From: an uncultured delta proteobacterium
GTDB lineage: Bacteria; Myxococcota_A; Polyangia; Polyangiales; Polyangiaceae
Assembly: GCA_963850305.1 (NCBI GenBank)
Contig: CAWKKR010000001.1
Span: forward strand, 608,001-672,000
DNA length: 64,000 nucleotides
Reading direction: 5' to 3'
Shown here: in pieces, positions 19,915 through 30,550 of the stretch
Position numbering within the stretch: position 1 is the stretch's first letter
Layout: the number at the start of each line of letters is the position of its first letter
The notes under the pieces: generated by a model
Database searches by the model: none
What the model saw: only the letters and a program-made list of their open reading frames with translations
What the model was told of the DNA's origin: nothing
Position numbers and translations under genes: made by a program

Positions 19915-20272
19915 GATTTTCTCCAAGCGGGGATCTCCGGAAGCGCCGAACAGTGAGTCCCGTGAGCCCCCGAAAAAATTGAAAGGGGCCAGCATTCGAA
20001 GCCTACAGGCTTCGGGGGCCCATCCGCAACTGGCGGCAGGTGACCGAAAGTTGCGCAGCCGTGCAGCTAGGACGCTATTTCCCCTGGTGGCTGCAGGAAT
20101 CCCGCTCCGAATGAGGGCGCGCGGACGGGCAGTGCCTTCCAGCAATGCTCGGCTCGAGCCGCTCGCACTCGCCTGAGCCGCGTCCCGAGCCGCCGGCAAC
20201 AGGGCCCAACGGGTCGGACGAGAAGATGGCGGGCAGGCTTTCGGCCGTGCGGGAGGGGGCTATGTTCCGTCG

Positions 20273-21532
20273 ATGCACGAGCCGGCGCTGGCCCGGCGCT
20301 TCTTGGAGGTGCGCCGCTTCTCCGAGCGGCTGTGCGAGCCGCTCGAGATCGAGGATTACGTCGTCCAGTCGATGCCCGACGCGAGCCCGCTCAAGTGGCA
20401 CCTCGCGCACACGACCTGGTTCTTCGAGACGTTCGTGCTCGCGTGCGCGGAGCGCGCGTTTCGCCCGCACGACGCACGCTGGGGTTCGCTTCACAACTCC
20501 TATTACGAGGCCCTCGGAGCCCGTCATCCGCGAGCGAGGCGCGGCCTGCTGACGCGGCCGACCGTGCGCGAGGTCCGGGCGTACCGCGCCGCCGTCGACG
20601 CGCGCGTCGCGATGGTCCTCGGAAATGATGACGCCGTTTCGACCCGAGTCCTCGAGCTCCTCGAGCTCGGGCTGCATCACGAGCAACAGCACCAGGAGCT
20701 CATGCTCACGGACCTGCAGCATGCGTTGTTCGAGAACCCGTTGAGGCCCGCCGTCTTTGCGCCGCCCCACGTCGCCCCGCGCGCTCTCCACCCCCCCAAA
20801 ACCAACTCGTGGATCGAACACGAGGGCGCGCTTCGAACAATCGGACACGGCGACTCGGGTTTCGCCTTCGACAACGAGGGCCCCGAGCACACGGTGTATC
20901 TGGAGCCGTTTGCGGTGGCATCGGAGCTCGTCACCGCGGGCGAATACACGGCGTTCATCGAAGACGATGGCTACGCGCGGCCCGAGCTGTGGCTGTCGGA
21001 TGGCTGGGCCGCAGCGCAAGCCGGTCAGTGGAGAGCCCCCCTCTACTGGGAACGTCGCGACGAGACATGGATCCGCCATTCACTTCACGGCGAGCTCGCC
21101 GTCGACCCCGCTGCGCCCGTTTGCCACATCAGCTTTTACGAGGCCGACGCCTACGCGCGCTGGAAGAATGCTCGCCTCCCGACCGAGGCGGAGTGGGAAG
21201 TCGCCGCGGCCCGGACCTCGGGCGACGGTCAGTTCGTGGACAGCGGTTCATTCGTCCCCCTCGCTCGCGAAGGCTCGACGCCCAGCTTGATGGGGAGCGT
21301 GTGGACCTGGACGGCGAGTGCCTACGCGCCTTACCCGGGCTTCCTTCCAGCCGCGGGCGCCGTGGGCGAATACAACGGCAAGTTCATGGTGAACCAGATC
21401 GTGCTCCGAGGCGGCTCCTGCTGTTCGTCGAGGTCGCATATCCGCGCGACTTACAGGAACTTCTTCCCGCCGCCGGCACGATGGCAGGTGAGTGGCATCC
21501 GGCTGGCGAGACGTCTGGGGAGCAGCGGGTAG
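20273..21532 (+). CDS. egtB: Ergothioneine biosynthesis sulfoxide synthase EgtB (DinB_2 + FGE-sulfatase)
   Basis: QSMPDASPLKWHLAHTTWFFE, iron-binding HEQQHQELM, FAFDNEGP, RLPTEAEWE, GEYNGKFM, RATYRNFF. Confidence 0.92.
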   Translation: MHEPALARRFLEVRRFSERLCEPLEIEDYVVQSMPDASPLKWHLAHTTWFFETFVLACAERAFRPHDARWGSLHNSYYEALGARHPRARRGLLTRPTVREVRAYRAAVDARVAMVLGNDDAVSTRVLELLELGLHHEQQHQELMLTDLQHALFENPLRPAVFAPPHVAPRALHPPKTNSWIEHEGALRTIGHGDSGFAFDNEGPEHTVYLEPFAVASELVTAGEYTAFIEDDGYARPELWLSDGWAAAQAGQWRAPLYWERRDETWIRHSLHGELAVDPAAPVCHISFYEADAYARWKNARLPTEAEWEVAAARTSGDGQFVDSGSFVPLAREGSTPSLMGSVWTWTASAYAPYPGFLPAAGAVGEYNGKFMVNQIVLRGGSCCSSRSHIRATYRNFFPPPARWQVSGIRLARRLGSSG

Positions 21533-21539
21533 CCGATGC

Positions 21540-22097
21540 TCAGTGAATCGCGTCGGGCGAACCCGTCACGGCCGTGCACGTCGGGCCGAGGGCGTTGCAA
21601 GCATCGACCCCGACGGTCGGAGACGATGGCAGCTCGCTCCCACACTGCCAGTTCGTACCAATCTGAAGCTGCACGGAGGCGAGCGCGTCCACACAGTCCT
21701 CGTACTGGCTCACGGTGCCCGTGCAGGAGTCCGTCGTCACGGTCGTGCACTGGGGTGGCGGGGCGTTCGGGTCCGTCGCGGTGACGTCGAGCTGAATCGA
21801 GAACGTGTTCACGCAGTCGTTCATGGCCGTCTCGCACGCGGCCTGGTTCGCCGCGGTGAGCACGGCCGGCGTGAAGGCGCACCAGAAGCGCGTGAGCGAC
21901 GTCGTGTCGACGTGAGCCTTCAGGAAGGCCGCCTGCGACGTGCAGATCGTCTGCTGTTGCTGCGGGGTCAGCGTCGTGAGGCCCAGGTCCCCGTTGACGC
22001 CGCTCGAGTATTTAGGGTCAGCGCCGCTGGCGGAACAACCGCCGACCGCGACGCCAACGGGCACGAGAAGCGCGAGCAAAGCGACGATTCGGTTCAT
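21540..22097 (-). CDS. Hypothetical Cys-containing lipoprotein
   Basis: Lipobox VGGC, about 10 Cys, high GC3 codon bias. Confidence 0.75.
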   Translation of the reverse strand: MNRIVALLALLVPVGVAVGGCSASGADPKYSSGVNGDLGLTTLTPQQQQTICTSQAAFLKAHVDTTSLTRFWCAFTPAVLTAANQAACETAMNDCVNTFSIQLDVTATDPNAPPPQCTTVTTDSCTGTVSQYEDCVDALASVQLQIGTNWQCGSELPSSPTVGVDACNALGPTCTAVTGSPDAIH

Positions 22098-22224
22098 GGC
22101 GGGCTCCGAGTAGCCCCGCCTGCCGCCCGCATCAACCCGGAACCACCGGCAAAGGACAGAGAGCGGCGGAGAAATGCATGTTTCGGTTGCGCGGCATCGG
22201 CTCGGAGGCTGTTATGGTTCCCCG

Positions 22225-25200
22225 ATGCGTCTCGGATCGGCTTGTCGGGCGGCGTGCGTCGGCGCGCTGTTTTGCTGGGCGTGCACGACAGCGGGGCTCG
22301 ACGATCTCTCGCGTGGCGGACAGCCCGCGGGGCATACGGGCGGTGCCGCCGGCGCGACGTCCACGGGCGGCGAAGGCGGCGAAGGCACGGATGCGTCGAC
22401 GGGCGGCGCGCCGGAAACGGGCGGCTCTCCAGCAACGGGCGGCTCTACACCGGATGCGTCCGCGGGAGGCACGAGCGACGGAGGGTCATCGGCGGGCGGC
22501 GCCGCCGACTCGGGCTCCGGAGGCGGCGGAGGCGCGGGCGGGACGGTCGAGGACGGAACGGCCGTCGGCGTCCTCGGCGCTGCGTGTTCGACGAACGACG
22601 CGCACGCGTGCGCAGGTCATGCGGCGAAGGGGCAGCTCTTCTGCAAAGGCGGAAAGTGGGCGGCGAACGGGACGTGCACTTCGACGAACGACTGTGACAC
22701 CACCCCGGGACCGAACGCGGGCTCGTGTCAGCCCATCGTCGACGCCTGCGCGGGGCAAGCGCCGGGGAGCGTCGTGTGTCGAGGCGCGGATCGCCTCGTC
22801 TGCGGGTCGGATTCTGCTGACGACCACTCGAATGGACACATGCCCCTTTCTCTGCAACGCGGGAACGTGCGTCGGCGATTGCACTCCGGGAACCCGGCGG
22901 TGCGACGGCTTCGTGCCCGAGACGTGCGACGATACGGGCACGTGGCAGCCGGGCACCGCTTGCGTCACCGGCTGCACCGCGGGAGCGTGCACCGGAGCGT
23001 GCAGCCCGACGACCACGGAATGCAACGGGCAGGTCGTGCAGACTTGCGACGGGAACGGCGTTCTCGCGGACACTTCCGTTTGCACCGACCAGGCGTGCGT
23101 GTCCGGCGCCTGCGCGGGCACTTGCACGCCAGGAACCGCGCAATGCGCGGGGAATGGCGTCGAGACCTGCTCGTCCGCCGGAGCCTGGGGCGCGCCCGTG
23201 CCTTGTACGGACCAAGCCTGCGTCTACGGCGCTTGCACGGGCGTTTGCGCGCCCGGCGCGACCACGTGCTCGGGCAACGCGGTTCGGTCTTGCACCGACT
23301 CCGGTCAGTGGAGCGCGCCCGTGGCGTGCGCGAACCAGGCCTGCTCGAGCGGCGCCTGCACGGGCTCGTGCGAACCGGGAACCGCACGCTGTGACGGCCT
23401 CACGCCACAGACGTGCAGCGCCGACGGAAGCTGGCAGAGCGGCACGGCGTGCTCGACGGGTTGCAGCGGCGGCGCGTGCTCGGGCACCTGCACCGCGGGC
23501 GCGAAGCAATGCAACGGTCAGGTGACACAGCTCTGCGATGCCAACGGCGACTGGCAAGACGAGACGACCTGCGCCACCACGGCCTGCGTCAAGGGCGCTT
23601 GCACGGGGGTGTGCGTGCCCGGGAAGGTCGAGTGCTCGGGCAACAACGTCTTGACCTGCACTGCGTCCGGACAGTGGGGCCCGCCCGCTCCCTGCGGCAC
23701 GTCGGCATGCGTCGCGGGGGCGTGCGTCGGCGTGTGCACGCCGGGCTCGTCCTCGTGCGCCGAGAACGGCGTTCGCACCTGCGATTCGACGGGGCAGCCC
23801 GGAGCGCCCGCGGCATGCGCGGCCCAGGCGTGCGCCTCCGGGGCATGCACTGGTTCCTGCAGCCCGGGAACGCGCACGTGCAAGAGTCTGACCCCCGAGA
23901 CCTGTGGTGCGGCGGGCACCGAAGAGGACGAGACGTCCTGCGCGAGCGCATGCGGTGGGGGCGCTTGCGCCGGGACCTGCACGCAGGGCGCAACACAGTG
24001 CAATGGACAGGTCGTGCAGACGTGCGATCAGACGGGGACCTGGCAGGATGGAGCGAGCTGCCCTGCGCAGGCTTGCCTCGGTGGCGCGTGCGTCGGGTCG
24101 TGCACGCCGAGCTCGACGGAATGCGTGAGCGGCGGAGTCGCGACGTGTTCCCTTGGCGGCGTCTGGGGCGCACCCGTGCCCTGCATCGAGTCCGCGTGTT
24201 CGAGCGGCGCGTGCACGGGTGTGTGCACGCCTGGCGACAAGGACTGCCTCGGCGACACGCCGCGCTCGTGCGTCAATGGGCAATGGCAAAACGGCAAGGC
24301 TTGCTCCGCCCCCGCGCAGACCTGCGCGAGCGGCGCGTGCATCGCGTGCGCGACGAAGACGCTCGACTGCGACTCCTCGCCCACGAACGGCTGCGAGACG
24401 AATATCGCCTCCGATCCTACGTGCGGTACGAGCTGCACCACCACGGCGGCGTGCGCGCAGAACCAAACGTGCACCGCCGGCGCCTGTGCGGCGTGCGGCG
24501 CCGGAAAGCTCGACTGCGACGGAGATCCGACGAACGGGTGCGAGGCCCCAGGCATCAAGGTGCCGCCCTCCGTGAACGTCGATGCCACGCAGTGGACCTC
24601 CGATTTTGCGACTTCGCCGGCCTGGAACTGCAACGCGCCGGGCACGACGACGATCGACTCGAGCGCGGGCACCGTGACGAGCACGAGCTGCGCGCTCGGC
24701 ACGCTCGATATAACGACCGGTGCGGCGCAAACCGGCGGCGCGGGACCGAACGTGATGGTCATCCGGCTCTCGTCGCTGATGGTGTCGAACGGACACGCAT
24801 TCGTGCTTCAGGGAAACGCGCCGATCGTCTTCCTGGTGTCGGGCAACGTCGTCGTCGACACGGGCGGAGCCATCGACGCGAGCGCGTCCGGCGGGACTCC
24901 AGGGCCCGGCGGAAGCATCTCGGCGAGCTGCTCGGGTTCCACCGGAGCGAATTCAGCGGCTTTGAGCGTCGGCGGGGGCGGCGGCGGATTCGGCACCGCG
25001 GGCGGGTTCGGGTCGAAACCCGACGGCACGAGCGGCAGCGCGGGCGGCATCGTGAGCACGAGCACCAACCTTCAGCCGCTGAGAGGGGGCTGTTCGGGCG
25101 GAACCGGCGGCGGCAGTCTGGCGTACGCGGGAGGCGCGGGCGGCGGCGCGTTCGAGATCAGCGCCGCGGGGACGATCTCGATCGGTCACGCGGGAGACTC

Positions 25201-25663
25201 GGCTACGACGAGCGGAACGTTGAGTGCCGCAGGCGGGTTCTCGCAAGCTGCGTCGGACACGACCGCCGCGGGGGTTGATTCGGCGAGCGGCGGTGCGGGA
25301 AGCGGCGGGGGCATTCTGCTCGTCTCGCCGACCGCGCCCGTGCTCGGACCGAATGCCGCGCTTCGCGTGCATGGGGGCGGCTCCGGCTCCTCGAGAGGTT
25401 CGAACGCGGCGGGGAACCCCGGCTCGAATGGGCACACCGCCGACGACACCGCAGCGGCAGGCGGCGTCGCGCCGGACACGAACGCTGCGGACGGCGCCAA
25501 TGGCGGCCTCTGTTCCGGCGCAAACTGCGCCACCGCGTCCGCACCGGGCGCTAACGGCAGCGCCGCGACAGCGGCACCGAATCTGGACGGCAGCGGCGGC
25601 GGCGGCGGCGGCGGTCGGATTCAAATCGTGACGGCTAACGCTGCGTTGCTCTGCGGTAGCTGA
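22225..25663 (+). CDS. Large Cys-rich repeat lipoprotein with Gly-rich C-terminal domain, frameshifted near 22815
   Basis: N-terminal lipobox CWAC in frame 22174. About 12 repeats of roughly 39 aa (C.PG...C.G...xTC...G.W.....C...C..GACTG) and a Gly-rich C-domain (LRGGCSGG...GGGGGGGRI) in frame 22178. Confidence 0.8.
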
Positions 25664-25813
25664 CTCGCCTCGAGTGCCCGGGTGATTTCCCGGAGACAAA
25701 AATCGTACTCGGCCCGCGAGTGTTACCGTTTGAACCAACCGCCGAAATAAGCCGGACACATTCCCTGCGGTACCTGCTTGTCCCAGGCCCGTATCTCGGA
25801 AGGGAATCCTCGT

Positions 25814-27473
25814 ATGACGAGCAAACACAAGCTCATTACTTCAAGCTTTCTGGCGTTCTGCGTGACGCTGACCAGCTTTGCGTTCGCCGACGCCACACCG
25901 GCACCATCAGCAGCGCCACCACCCCTGCCAGCGTACTTTTCTGGCACCAACCCAACCGGAAAGCCCGCGATGTGGCCGGACCCGACGGGGGCAGCGGCAG
26001 GTGCTTGGGCCGACCCTGGCGGCGACGGTAAGGGCGACACACCCAGCACTCTCGGTCCGACGGATCTCTACGATCGCATCGCTCACAACCTGTTCTCCAT
26101 CAACATGGTCTGGGCGATGGTCACGGGCTTCCTCGTCATGTTCATGCAGGCCGGCTTCGCCATGGTGGAGACGGGCATGTGCCGCGCCAAGAACGCCGGT
26201 CACACCTTCGCAATGAACTTCATGATCTACCCGCTCGGCTGCCTGGGCTTCTGGGTCTACGGCTTCGCGTTGGGCTGGGGCAATTGGTTCAACGGACCAG
26301 TCGGGCCCGGTTGGTATTCATCGCTCGGACCAGGCACTTCCGTGCTGAATTCGGGCATCACGCTCGCCGGCAAGTACGGCATCGTCGGCACGAAGGGCTT
26401 CTGTCTTGGTCCGTCCGTCAGCGACACGGCGGTGCTCGGCCTGTTCTTCTTCATGATGGTGTTCATGGACACGACGGCCACCATCCCCACCGGCGCCATG
26501 GCCGAACGCTGGGCATGGAAGAACTTCTGTCTCTACGGCCTGTGGGTCGCTCTGCCCTATTGCATCTACGCGAACTGGCTCTGGGGCGGCGGCTGGCTCG
26601 CTCAGGGCGGCGTCAACTGGCACCTCGGCCACGGCGCGGTCGACTTCGCCGGATCCGGCGTCGTGCACGGAATGGGCGGCATCATCGCTCTGGCCGGCGG
26701 GATCGTGCGTCGGACCGCGCATCGGCAAGTATGTCAACGGCAAGCCTCAGGCGATCCCCGGCGCACGACCTGCCGATGGCCATCGCCGGTTGCTTCATCC
26801 TCGCGTTCGGCTGGTTCGGGTTCAACCCGGGCTCGACCCTCTCCGGCACCGACCTCCGTATCGCGTTCATCGTCGTCAACACGATGCTCGCGAGCGTGGC
26901 CGGAGCCTTCGCCTCCATGGTCTTCCTGATGGCCAAGGGCATGAAGCCCGACCCGGGCATGATGGTCAACGGCATGCTCGCGGGACTCGTCGCCATCACG
27001 GCGCCGTGCGCCTTCGTCTCTCCCTGGGGAGCCGTGGCGATCGGCGCGATCGCCGGGGTGCTCGTCGTCGTCAGCGTCTGGTTCTTCGACGCTCGCGGCG
27101 TCGATGACTGTGTCGGCGCCATCTCCGTCCACGGCGTCTGCGGCCTCTGGGGCGTGTGTCCGTCGGCATCTTCGCCAACGGCGACTACGGCGCAGGCTGG
27201 AACGGCGTCGTGCGCGACGAGATGGTGAAGCAGTACGGCTCCGACGGCGTACGCGGCATCCTGTACGGCGACGCCTCGCAGCTCGCGATGCAGACGATCG
27301 ACTGCGTGGTGCTGACGATCTTCGGCTTCGTCATGGCGTACGTGTGGTTCAAGATCTCCGACAAGATCACACCCATCCGCGTCAGTGCCGAGACGGAACT
27401 GGCCGGTCTCGACATGCCGGAGATGGGTGCGCTGGGGTATCCGGACTTCGTCCTGGCCACCGAAAAGAAGTAG
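25814..27473 (+). CDS. amt: Ammonium transporter (Amt family), three apparent frameshifts (~26709, ~26760, ~27156)
   Basis: FLVMFMQAGFAMVETG, FMDTTATIPTGAMAER, DFAGSGVVH, FGWFGFNPGS, NGMLAGLVAIT, DDCVGAISVHG, E..GLD.PEMG..GYP, spread over several frames. Confidence 0.92.
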
Positions 27474-27527
27474 CGCCCAGGCGTTACGGTCGAAAAGAAG
27501 TAGCGCCCAGGCGTTACGGTCGAAAAG
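27461..27527 (+). repeat. 30-bp tandem duplication (2 copies + 7 bp) spanning the amt stop codon
   Basis: cgaaaagaagtagcgcccaggcgttacggt x2, then cgaaaag. Confidence 0.9.
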
Positions 27528-27536
27528 CGCGCGGGC

Positions 27537-27561
27537 CCGCGGTGTCGAAAGACGCCGCGGG
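27537..27561 (+). terminator. GNRA-capped hairpin downstream of amt
   Basis: ccgcggtgtc-GAAA-gacgccgcgg followed by gcttt. Confidence 0.5.
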
Positions 27562-27659
27562 CTTTCGCGTCTCGACCGACGGCCGGCCCGGGGTCGCGCT
27601 CGACAAAAGAAAAGCCTCGGAAACAGAGCGGAAACAGACTTGTCAGCACACTTCCTGGG

Positions 27660-27872
27660 ATGTGGCAGCAATACAAGAAGACGTTTGGTCCGATGCAGAC
27701 GTTCATTGTCCTCGTGACGGTCGCGGTGCTGGTCGTCTCGCGCGGGCTGACCCAAACCGCGGCCTGCTTCGTCGTGATGCAGATCGCGGCCGTCTTTGGT
27801 GCACGCTGGGCCGTCCGACTTCGCACGAAGATGGATCGCGCCACTGAGATGCCGCGCGCTTTTCGCGGTTGA
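27660..27872 (+). CDS. Small two-TM membrane protein (70 aa)
   Basis: MWQQYKKTFGPMQ followed by two hydrophobic helices and a basic tail. Same strand as amt, about 190 bp downstream. Confidence 0.6.
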   Translation: MWQQYKKTFGPMQTFIVLVTVAVLVVSRGLTQTAACFVVMQIAAVFGARWAVRLRTKMDRATEMPRAFRG

Positions 27873-27910
27873 GTAGGTTGCGGAGCGTCCTGTAGCCGGC
27901 TGCGGGTCGC

Positions 27911-28879
27911 TCAGGGGTATTCGGGCGGACCCTGGCCGCACTGGCGGCCCTGGTAGTCGGAGTTGGGGACGCACACCAGGGGCGACGCGCAGTCGTGTCC
28001 CGCGGTCCCACAGGGATCGCTCGGGTAAGCGCAGAAGAGGACGTCGACCAGCGAGCAGACACCGTTCGTCGCCGCGAGGCCGTACTGACACGAACCGCCA
28101 GGGTGCTTCGTGCAATCGGCATCCGTGCGGCACACGCCGTACGCGCAGGTTGCGGAGAAGACGCCGAGTGCGCCCGACGGGAGGCAGGTCGCCACGCTCG
28201 CCCCGGCGGGTGTGTTCGCCTTGCAGTCCTGGTCGGTCGCGCATTGGTCGTAGAGGCAAGAGTTGCCCTGAGGATACGCACCCCCGCAGAAGTTTTGCTC
28301 GACATCGATCAAGGGCAAGCAGCGGCCGCCCGCACCACCGGTGCAGTCACCGTCGGCAAGACAGCAGGGCGTTTGCACGTACTGGCACGACGAGAGCGTG
28401 GGTGTAGGCACGGGCGTCACGCAATCACGGACGCCGTCCAGCCGTTGCCAGCACGTACCGCCGGGGCAATCCGATGGCGTGGCACAGAGATCGGATACCT
28501 GGCCCCCCGCACCCCCGGCGGCGGCGCCCCCTGCACCGGCTCCACCGTTTGCACCGGCTCCACCGTTTGCACCGGCTCCACCGCCTGCACCGGCTCCACC
28601 GTTTGCACCGGCTCCACCGTTTGCACCGGCTCCGCCGCTTGCGCCGGCTCCGCCGCTTGCGCTGGCTCCGCCGTTTGCGCTGGCTCCGCCATCGCTGCCG
28701 GAAGTCCCGCCTCCTCCAGTGGCGGAGCCGCCGCCGGCCGACGAGCTGCGGATCTCCGAGCTATCGGTGCTCGAGCTCGAGCCGCAGCCCTGGGCGACCA
28801 TCGACAGGCCCACACTCAGGAATGTCAATGAAGCGATCTTGAATGAAGCCACGAACTCACAGTCTAGCTTGCCGTGCAA
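27911..28879 (-). CDS. Cys-rich lipoprotein with GGAGAN hexapeptide linker
   Basis: Lipobox AQGC, 18-bp tandem repeats at about 28530-28690 encoding GGAGAN/GGAGAS, Cys-rich C-terminus. Start uncertain. Confidence 0.78.
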   Translation of the reverse strand: MHGKLDCEFVASFKIASLTFLSVGLSMVAQGCGSSSSTDSSEIRSSSAGGGSATGGGGTSGSDGGASANGGASASGGAGASGGAGANGGAGANGGAGAGGGAGANGGAGANGGAGAGGAAAGGAGGQVSDLCATPSDCPGGTCWQRLDGVRDCVTPVPTPTLSSCQYVQTPCCLADGDCTGGAGGRCLPLIDVEQNFCGGAYPQGNSCLYDQCATDQDCKANTPAGASVATCLPSGALGVFSATCAYGVCRTDADCTKHPGGSCQYGLAATNGVCSLVDVLFCAYPSDPCGTAGHDCASPLVCVPNSDYQGRQCGQGPPEYP

Positions 28880-28955
28880 CGTTGAGCCAGCTCCCTACTG
28901 GCCGCGGCCATCTGCGATCGGCCCGCGTCGTGAACGCACGCGAAAAGCACCGTCT

Positions 28956-29672
28956 TCACGGCGGATCGTCGTGCTCCCGTCGTGACTCGACGACGCGGCT
29001 CGCCATCCTCGGAAGACCCGGGATGAGCCAGGCGAACGTCGCGGTTCCAGCGGCGGCGCCGAGCAACTGCGCGGCGATGAACCCGGGTGCGTCCGCAGGG
29101 CGGATGCCCGCGAACGTGTTGCTCGCCGCGCGCGCGAGCGTCACCGCCGGATTCGCGAACGACGTGGAGGACGTGAACCAGTACGCGGCGGTGATATACG
29201 CGCCCACCGAGAACGGGACCGCGGCGGGGCGGGTGCGAACGGTCCCCCAGATCGTCGCGAGCAAGCCGAACGTCGCGACGAACTCGGCGAGGAGTTGCGC
29301 GGTCCCCGCTCGCACGTGGGTCGACGCGAAGAAGAGGGGCTCACCGAACATCAGATGAGCCACGGCGACGCCCGCGAACGCTCCGCCCACCTGTGCCAGG
29401 ATGTAGACGGGGACGTCGCGCCACGGCAGGCCACCTTGCGTCGCGTCCGCCAGCGAGACGGCTGGGTTGAAGTGGGCGCCGGAGACGGACCCGAACGTCA
29501 GGATCAACGCGACGAGCCCGGCGCCGGTCGCGAGCGTGTTCGCGAGGAGGGCGATCGCGACGTTCCCCCCGGCGAGCCGCTCCCCCATGATCCCGGATCC
29601 GACCACCACGGCGAGGAGAAACGCCGTACCGAGCGCCTCGGCCGCAGCGCGGCGTCCGAGATCAGCGGACAT
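28956..29672 (-). CDS. MIP/aquaporin family channel, ars-operon type (probable arsenite efflux)
   Basis: SGAHFNPAV and TSSTSFANPAVT (two NPA motifs), VVGSGIMGERL. Downstream of ArsR. Confidence 0.9.
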   Translation of the reverse strand: MSADLGRRAAAEALGTAFLLAVVVGSGIMGERLAGGNVAIALLANTLATGAGLVALILTFGSVSGAHFNPAVSLADATQGGLPWRDVPVYILAQVGGAFAGVAVAHLMFGEPLFFASTHVRAGTAQLLAEFVATFGLLATIWGTVRTRPAAVPFSVGAYITAAYWFTSSTSFANPAVTLARAASNTFAGIRPADAPGFIAAQLLGAAAGTATFAWLIPGLPRMASRVVESRREHDDPP

Positions 29673-29742
29673 GACCCCGCGGCTTCAGGATGTGCATGGG
29701 CTTTCCTTCCATGAATATCGAACAAAGAGAGCAAAAAAAGAG

Positions 29743-30051
29743 TCAGCAGCAGCCGGGCCTGCCTCGTTTGCAGCAGTCCTCCCACAGGTAGTCAGTGAGC
29801 GCGCGGAGCGCCGCATACTCCGCGGAGTAGTAATGGAACGTGCCCTCGCTCCGAGCCTTGAGGAGACCCGCGTCGACGAGGCGCTTGAGGTGATGACTGA
29901 GCGTCGAGGCCGGCATGTCCACGTGCGCCTGGATTTCTCCAGCGGCGGTTCCCTCCGCGCCTCCCTGCACGACGAAGCGGACGATGGCGAGGCGCGTCGG
30001 GTGACCGAGGGCACTCAACTCTTCGGCATGGCGCTCGAGTTTCGACGGCAC
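29743..30051 (-). CDS. arsR: ArsR/SmtB family repressor with C-terminal vicinal Cys pairs
   Basis: ALGHPTRLAIVRFV...STLSHHLKRLVDAGL...YLWEDCC...GCC. Confidence 0.9.
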   Translation of the reverse strand: MPSKLERHAEELSALGHPTRLAIVRFVVQGGAEGTAAGEIQAHVDMPASTLSHHLKRLVDAGLLKARSEGTFHYYSAEYAALRALTDYLWEDCCKRGRPGCC

Positions 30052-30138
30052 GGCGGGATTATTCTAACAAATTCGAAGAATGGCGCAAGCGTGGTCCCGC
30101 TCGATCAACCGGCGAGGAAGAGTTACACTCGTCGGTTT

Positions 30139-30417
30139 ATGAGACAGAGTGCGATCGCGGTCCTCCTTCTGCTCGCCGGTTGCCAGCGGACGACGCCGGC
30201 GGGCGCCGAGCTGACGTATCGGCAGTGTTCGGATCTCGTCCGTCGCGTACAGCAGCTCCAGTCCGAGGACACCGGGGGCATGCAGATCGCCATGGAAGTC
30301 AGGTTTCGCGCCGACATCGATGGATGCCTCGAGAAGGGCACTCCGACCGCTTACGGCTGCGTCATGTCGGCGGAGACGGCGAAGGATCTCGACGCCTGCG
30401 ACGCGCTCTACAAGTGA
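30139..30417 (+). CDS. Small hypothetical lipoprotein
   Basis: MRQSAIAVLLLLAGC lipobox and a helical domain with 4 further Cys. Confidence 0.7.
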   Translation: MRQSAIAVLLLLAGCQRTTPAGAELTYRQCSDLVRRVQQLQSEDTGGMQIAMEVRFRADIDGCLEKGTPTAYGCVMSAETAKDLDACDALYK

Positions 30418-30550
30418 CGGCGCGAGCTCGCTAGGCGGCACCGGGCGAAACCGCGCCGACGGATTCCGCGCGAACCCGGAGGAGCGATTGAAGGCAGCAC
30501 GTCGTTCTCGATTGCGACCGTACGCGCGGTCGAGCCACACTCGGGTCCGA

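Noticed and set aside
25664..25813. Sigma54/NtrC promoter upstream of amt
   Set aside because: I found no convincing TGGCAC-N5-TTGC match by eye.
28530..28690. 18-bp tandem repeat as a non-coding element, or the (HRL)n ORF 28474..28842
   Set aside because: It is explained by the GGAGAN linker of the minus-strand lipoprotein.
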